DNA from: an uncultured bacterium
GTDB lineage: Bacteria; Tectomicrobia; Entotheonellia; Entotheonellales; Entotheonellaceae
Assembly: GCA_965178525.1 (NCBI GenBank)
Contig: CBCXVS010000137.1
Coordinates: 1-19,046, forward strand
Length of the DNA stretch: 19,046 bases
Direction of reading: 5' to 3'
Both the position numbers and the translations under genes were made by a program. Under the pieces are notes generated by a model. The model made no database searches. It was not told the DNA's origin and worked only from the letters and a program-made list of their open reading frames with translations. Shown in pieces: positions 14,933-19,046 of this stretch. The stretch's first letter is position 1. Each line of letters opens with the position of its first letter.

Positions 14933-15030
14933 TTACCCCTCCTATGAGAAAAGGACTGAGGACTGAGGACTGAGTAAAAGACGTTTTTCCTCATTTCCGG
15001 GCGCCGATGGCCTCGGCATGACGGTTCCTC
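14933..15030 (-). promoter_or_regulatory. Conserved leader element, copy 2 (minus-strand orientation). GAGGA SD, hairpin (GCCGA/TCGGC, 15003-15017), a 25-codon uORF (14942-15019) ending TAG inside the AGGAGG SD, and (TCAGTCC)x3 (plus-strand GGACTGA at 14953-14973).
   Basis: Reverse complement aligns with 5511-5610. Differences are concentrated in the hairpin, where the base-pair changes are compensatory (C-G to A-U, G-C to G.U), and in heptamer copy number. Confidence 0.6.
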
Positions 15031-15112
15031 GATTCTGTCATCCAACATTGCGACACAGTGCCCGCCGACAATTTTCTGATGTCCAAGCCTCTCATGCATC
15101 CACAAATAGGAC

Positions 15113-15170
15113 ATGCAAACGCATTTTTGCATCTGCAGAGAGAAATCGCAAGTCTCTATGCTAGACTTGC
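15113..15170. promoter_or_regulatory. Candidate operator sites in the divergent SBP-operon/Uma2 intergenic region: ATGCAAA-n6-TTTGCAT (15113-15132) and a perfect 8-bp inverted repeat GCAAGTCT-n7-AGACTTGC (15148-15170).
   Basis: Inverted repeats read directly. Clustered TGCA/ATGCAT motifs at 15094-15138. Confidence 0.3.
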
Positions 15171-15337
15171 CCCCCGCTCTTCGTGCTCGTAGTATCGTCA
15201 AGAGCTTTGAAGATTTTGCCTAAGGATTCCGCGAATCTTGCATTGCACAGGTTTATACCTCATACTCAAATCGAACCAGAGATGGCCGCTATCCCAGGCG
15301 GCCACAGGGGTTTCGAAGTCTTCCATGAGGTGTTTCC

Positions 15338-15889
15338 GTGCGCACTCAAACTCGGGCGACAATCCAAGACCTTTATCGACTGCCGGACCATGCCAAGGCC
15401 GAACTGGTTAACGGAGAAGTGGTTCTCATGTCGCCGACCGGAGATTTGCCAAGCCGTGCGGGCTTCAACATAACGGTCAGCCTGCGTGCATACGAACGCC
15501 AAACAGGACTGGGCAGAGCCTATCCGGACAACACGGGTTTCCGAGTCCATTTGCCACACCGAGAGTCTTTCAGCCCCGACGCGTCCTTTTATATCGGCCC
15601 GCGCACCGGGGCCAAGTTTCTCGACGGTGCTCCCGTTTTTGCTGCGGAAGTTCGGAGCGAGTCCGATTTTGGCCCGCAGGCCGAGCAGAAGATGGCAGAA
15701 AAGCGTGCGGACTACTTTGCTTTGGGTACGCAGGTGGTCTGGGATGTCGACGTTCTCAGAGAGCATGTCATCCGCGTCTACCGAGCCGATGATCCCACCA
15801 ACCCGACGATTTACCGACTCGGTGAGGCAGCAGAAGCCGAGCCGGCGTTACCTGGCTGGACGATGCTGGTGGCGGAGTTGTTTGATTGA
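15338..15889 (+). CDS. Uma2-family (DUF820) putative restriction-endonuclease-like protein.
   Basis: AELVNGEVVLMSPTGDLPSRAGFNI … PDASFYIGPRTG … PVFAAEVRSESD pattern (PD-(D/E)xK-like) and ~183-aa length typical of Uma2. GTG start 15338 with GAGG 7 nt upstream. Confidence 0.8.
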   Translation: MRTQTRATIQDLYRLPDHAKAELVNGEVVLMSPTGDLPSRAGFNITVSLRAYERQTGLGRAYPDNTGFRVHLPHRESFSPDASFYIGPRTGAKFLDGAPVFAAEVRSESDFGPQAEQKMAEKRADYFALGTQVVWDVDVLREHVIRVYRADDPTNPTIYRLGEAAEAEPALPGWTMLVAELFD

Positions 15890-15916
15890 GACGGATAAGA
15901 GTTTCAGAGCACATTT

Positions 15917-16909
15917 TTGCGCCTCGCCCGGCTACCCGGCAGCCGTTCGGGTAACCCGCGGCTCTACCCGGAATCGCGGCCCATCATCCACCCGGGAAAA
16001 AGCGAGTTCTTATCCATCACGACTAGCACGAGAGATAACCTCATCGCCTTGTTCAGCGGGTCGGGAATCGGTCTGCTAGTGGGCGTCCTGATGGGAATCG
16101 CCGTCTCGCCGACCGTGGGTATCGTCATAGGCGCCCTGGCCTCGTCTCTTGCTTTGATGCTGGGACTCAACGATCAGCATTTCAGCCACGCCAAGGCGTT
16201 TCGAATCGGGTCCTTCGGTTTCGTCTGTGTCGCCGGTGCGTTTCTGGGAATCTTCATCCGCACACACCACCTACTGGCCCCGAGTCTTCAGACCCAGCTG
16301 AATGACTACGCCAAGGCCGGATACACGAAGGAAGAAGCCCTGGATTTCATCAAGTTCACCAAATTCGGGATCTTGAACCCCAACTGGAAAATAGCTAGCA
16401 TGGAAGCTGAACGTGACGAAGGTAAGGGTGAGGGAGAGCAGCTAGGAGCCGGAAAACCCTCACACCCTATCGCACCGCTCCCGCAATTGGCGGCGACCGG
16501 GGTGCTGTATGGTGCGGAGATCGACGCAAGCGCATGCACCATATTGAAAGATAAAGACGAGAAGAACGTGTCCGACCAATTCTACATTCTGGGGGATGTC
16601 TGGGAGCGTCTGGCCACAGCCGTCGAACAGGACTTCGACGAGCGTACCACGCCAGGTGTGCTGCTGACCATCAGGGATGGCATCTGTGGTGACGACGGCG
16701 CGGCCAAGGCGAAGTTCGAGAAGTGCCCGACACTGGCGAATCTCAACGAGCAGACGGGGCTACCACAGATCGCTCGCAGCTTCGAGAAAGCCGGTCCATC
16801 CTGGCAACGGCTCGTCGACGCCGTGCAGGAACGCATCGACCAGGAGCATCAGAGCAAGGTCTTGCTGATCCTCCAAAGAAAGATCTGCCATGAAGAGAAG
16901 CAAGGTTGA
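15917..16909 (+). CDS. Hypothetical membrane protein (three predicted TM helices, then a ~200-aa soluble C-terminal domain of unknown function).
   Basis: 330-aa ORF from TTG 15917 (start uncertain). The 3' end overlaps the protease gene by 20 nt (operon). TM segments LIALFSGSGIGLLVGVLMGIAVS, PTVGIVIGALASSLALMLGL and FRIGSFGFVCVAGAFLGIFIRTH. Stop TGA 16907-16909. Confidence 0.7.
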   Translation: MRLARLPGSRSGNPRLYPESRPIIHPGKSEFLSITTSTRDNLIALFSGSGIGLLVGVLMGIAVSPTVGIVIGALASSLALMLGLNDQHFSHAKAFRIGSFGFVCVAGAFLGIFIRTHHLLAPSLQTQLNDYAKAGYTKEEALDFIKFTKFGILNPNWKIASMEAERDEGKGEGEQLGAGKPSHPIAPLPQLAATGVLYGAEIDASACTILKDKDEKNVSDQFYILGDVWERLATAVEQDFDERTTPGVLLTIRDGICGDDGAAKAKFEKCPTLANLNEQTGLPQIARSFEKAGPSWQRLVDAVQERIDQEHQSKVLLILQRKICHEEKQG

Positions 16910-18677
16910 CCACAGGTTAGTCCGGATCGTACTCGCCCTCATTCTCAGTGGCCTGGTCGCTAGCGAGGTACCTGCGCTCGACCAGCGACTGTTGAACCAG
17001 GCGCTCGCGAAAATCACCGTCCTCGAGAAAGGAAGCCCAACGGCCCGCGCGAGTGGCTTCGCATGGAAAAAGAAGGAGTGGGTCGTCACATCTCTCCACG
17101 CCATGCGGAAAGGCGCCAGATACCAGGTCGAACGACCAGAGGACAAGGGAATATGGCAGGCCGTACCGATCGCCCACGTCACGGACCACGACCTCGTCCT
17201 TCTCGAGCTTCGATCCCCCAAGGGTAAGAAGCTCACCGCGAAAAAGCTTCCCAGTTGGAACCCGTTGAAAACGTTCGCCCAGGCCCCTGGATTTGGAAGG
17301 GACGTTTTCGCTCTGGGCTACTACGGGGATACGCCGAAACCGAGATTCATCATACTGAAAGTCGAGGGCAGTAGCCCGCTGGAGGAAAAGATTCCAGCGG
17401 CGCACGCGGCGAAGATCAAGCGCGCAAAAATGCCGAACGTTGTGCTTCCGGTACTCCACTTCATGACGACGAGTCTCTTGCCGGGCTTCTCCGGCACACC
17501 GTTGGTCAATGAAGATGGGCACCTCGTCGCCATTGCGGACGGGGGACTCGAGAAGGGTGCGATCGACATCAGCTGGGGGATTCACGCCGCTCACCTGGAT
17601 CACCTCCAGAAAGCGGTCGGGACCGGCCTTCCGGCAAACTTGGGGGCAGCCGCGCAACACTACTCGGCAGGGTTGGGCGCGGGTCAGAAAGTACAGAGCG
17701 TCAAGTTCGGTCCGTACGAGTTCGTCCACAAGAAGACGAGGACCTTCGGTCAAATGCTCGAAACGGTCGACAATCGTACAGACCTGGAATACCAGCTTAA
17801 GGATTTTCAGCATGTCGACATTTCATCCTTCCGGTACGACATCTATCAAGATCTGGACAACGGTTTCATTATTGCCGTGCCTGCCGGCCATGACTTGAAA
17901 GTAAACGCGGACGACGGCCTCCCTGCCGTCCAATTCAAGGGTTATCCGATCATCTACAACGCCGGGATGGATCCCGAGAGCATGCGGAAAGTGCTGGGAG
18001 CGGAAGACATCCATCAGGCGCTGGTTGACATGTTCCGGGAGGTCGTCGGCGAGGGCGCCGCGGCTTTGTCGTTTGACGACGACGGGTCTGCTTGTGACAG
18101 AAGTCGGGACGGCGGCGTGCTGGCGACGTTGGCCTTCAATGTCGGCGACCCGGTCGCAGGGTACAGCTTCACGAAGGTAGCGGCCAAAGGCCAACTCTTC
18201 CTGGGGGCGACAACGTTCCTGGCGGACTACAACGAAAAGGTGGCGGTGCAACTGGGACAGAATGGGTGCTTCCAGCAACGAGTAGACTGTAGGCAGCAAA
18301 TCGATCCCTCCGCGCCCTGCGCCACAGTCTGCAACTGGTTGCACGTGTTGACGAGCGTTTACCTCACAACTTTTTCGAACTTCAAGGCTGCCGGCAAAGG
18401 TTGCAACCGGGCCAACGAACCGGAGGTGTTCAAGGCAACCGACCTTTCCCGCACGATCCACGGCGTGATCGACTGGGCCAGCTTCGAGCCGAATGCGATC
18501 AGCCTGGCTGAACAGGGGTTGTATCTGCGTGACCTGGAGGTTCTTATAGAAGGGGGGCAGTGGGTGCTCGGAGGTGTCCATCAACCGCTTCCCGTTCAGA
18601 CATTCTGGAGATACGGATACGACATCAACACGTTCAGTTCCAAAGTCGGGAGACTCGCTCAACAAGGCTCCAACTGA
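16890..18677 (+). CDS. Secreted trypsin-like (S1/chymotrypsin-fold) serine protease with a large Cys-rich C-terminal extension; the reading frame very likely continues to 19003 after a 1-nt frameshift.
   Basis: Signal peptide MKRSKVDHRLVRIVLALILSGLVASE. Catalytic triad candidates H70 (TSLHAM), D101 (DHDLVLLEL) and S201 (PGFSGTPLV). >=8 Cys in the C-terminal region. Ends QQGSN-TGA exactly where the next frame begins a homologous repeat. Confidence 0.85.
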   Translation: MKRSKVDHRLVRIVLALILSGLVASEVPALDQRLLNQALAKITVLEKGSPTARASGFAWKKKEWVVTSLHAMRKGARYQVERPEDKGIWQAVPIAHVTDHDLVLLELRSPKGKKLTAKKLPSWNPLKTFAQAPGFGRDVFALGYYGDTPKPRFIILKVEGSSPLEEKIPAAHAAKIKRAKMPNVVLPVLHFMTTSLLPGFSGTPLVNEDGHLVAIADGGLEKGAIDISWGIHAAHLDHLQKAVGTGLPANLGAAAQHYSAGLGAGQKVQSVKFGPYEFVHKKTRTFGQMLETVDNRTDLEYQLKDFQHVDISSFRYDIYQDLDNGFIIAVPAGHDLKVNADDGLPAVQFKGYPIIYNAGMDPESMRKVLGAEDIHQALVDMFREVVGEGAAALSFDDDGSACDRSRDGGVLATLAFNVGDPVAGYSFTKVAAKGQLFLGATTFLADYNEKVAVQLGQNGCFQQRVDCRQQIDPSAPCATVCNWLHVLTSVYLTTFSNFKAAGKGCNRANEPEVFKATDLSRTIHGVIDWASFEPNAISLAEQGLYLRDLEVLIEGGQWVLGGVHQPLPVQTFWRYGYDINTFSSKVGRLAQQGSN

Positions 18678-19003
18678 AGGACTTGGAGGTCAGCTGGGAC
18701 GGGAACTGGAAGTACGCCAGTGTGTTTCAGCCGGACGCCAGGGCGACGATGTTCAGGTCCTATCAGGATTGGCAGCAAGTGCTGGCCGACTTACAGTGGC
18801 TCGAGCAGAACGGCTGGAACTTGATTGACCTCGAGGTGCCTTGGAGCGGGCAGCGCTTCTTCATCGTGGGCCTGTATCAGTACAACTCCAGTCCGAGCAC
18901 CTATCGTTTGGGCGATTGGGACAATTTCTGGGCACAAACGCAGCAGCTTGCCCAACAGGGGTTCCACCTGAATGGCCTTAAGTTAAGCCAACTCCTTTCT
19001 TGA
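18668..19003 (+). pseudogene. Frameshifted 3' continuation of the protease gene, encoding repeats 2 and 3 of a ~50-aa W/Y-rich repeat (…QxG-[WFL]-xLx-DLEV…).
   Basis: Frame +2 of the track ORF 18560-19003 reads LQLKDLEVSWDGNWKY… from 18668 (its ATG at 18560 lies inside the protease gene), homologous to the last ~55 aa of the upstream frame. Inserting 1 nt at ~18666-18668 gives QQG-L-QLK-DLEV in frame. Could equally be a sequencing error in an intact gene. Confidence 0.55.
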
Positions 19004-19046
19004 TGAAGCAGTTACGCCGATTGCCTGAGACCGACTCTCCTCTCAT

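Noticed and set aside
14899-15201. 100-aa minus ORF spanning leader copy 2 (contains EMRKNVFYSVLSPQS, the copy-1 uORF frame)
   Set aside because: No SD; it starts far upstream in the divergent promoter region and runs out of frame into the SBP gene. It exists because copy 2 has 3 heptamer units. It is noted only as supporting the frame-toggling idea and is not called as a gene.
15266-15766. 166-aa minus ORF
   Set aside because: Antisense to the well-supported Uma2 gene; no features.
16917-18665. 298-aa and 280-aa minus-strand ORFs antisense to the protease gene
   Set aside because: Shadow ORFs opposite a gene with clear signal-peptide and catalytic-triad motifs.
1-19046. Looked for CRISPR arrays, tRNA/rRNA genes, and transposase/integrase genes or terminal inverted repeats that would mark a mobile element
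   Set aside because: No regularly spaced direct repeats, no tRNA-like cloverleaf candidates noticed, and no ORF with transposase or integrase motifs. The leader-element pair lacks a transposase and target-site duplications that I can see, so I do not call it a MITE or IS.

Overview
A high-GC (~60%) bacterial chromosomal window with about 17 protein-coding genes, no rRNA, tRNA or CRISPR, and no recognisable transposase or integrase. Minus-strand genes at 34-4073 encode a tri-heme c-type cytochrome lipoprotein and an NAD-dependent epimerase. Plus-strand genes at 4615-7542 encode a type II thioesterase, an MbtH-like protein fused to an unknown C-terminal domain (no NRPS in the window), a truncated P-type ATPase fragment with a degenerate TGES motif, and a small acidic single-TM protein. 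A co-directional minus-strand run at 7642-14932 encodes three paralogous pentapeptide-repeat proteins (two N-terminally membrane-anchored; the distal two look like one gene split by a 1-nt frameshift), an unknown membrane-anchored protein preceded by a coupled 30-codon membrane-peptide ORF, an SPFH/band-7 protein with a consensus sigma70 promoter, and two orphan ABC substrate-binding proteins of families 1 and 5. A plus-strand group at 15338-19003 encodes a Uma2/DUF820 endonuclease, an unknown membrane protein, and a secreted trypsin-like protease with a Cys-rich region and three ~50-aa C-terminal repeats, also split by a 1-nt frameshift. The most unusual feature is a ~95-bp element present twice in opposite orientation (5511-5610 and 14933-15030), each immediately 5' of a start codon (the MbtH-fusion gene and the SBP operon). 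Each copy carries a hairpin with compensatory substitutions, an SD-preceded upstream ORF whose TAG stop lies inside the downstream gene's SD, and a TCAGTCC heptanucleotide tandem repeat with different copy number (4 vs 3), recalling cyanobacterial STRR repeats. A degenerate third copy lies at 4401-4428. Pentapeptide-repeat expansion, Uma2 and the heptamer repeats weakly suggest a cyanobacterium- or Chloroflexi-like lineage (inference).
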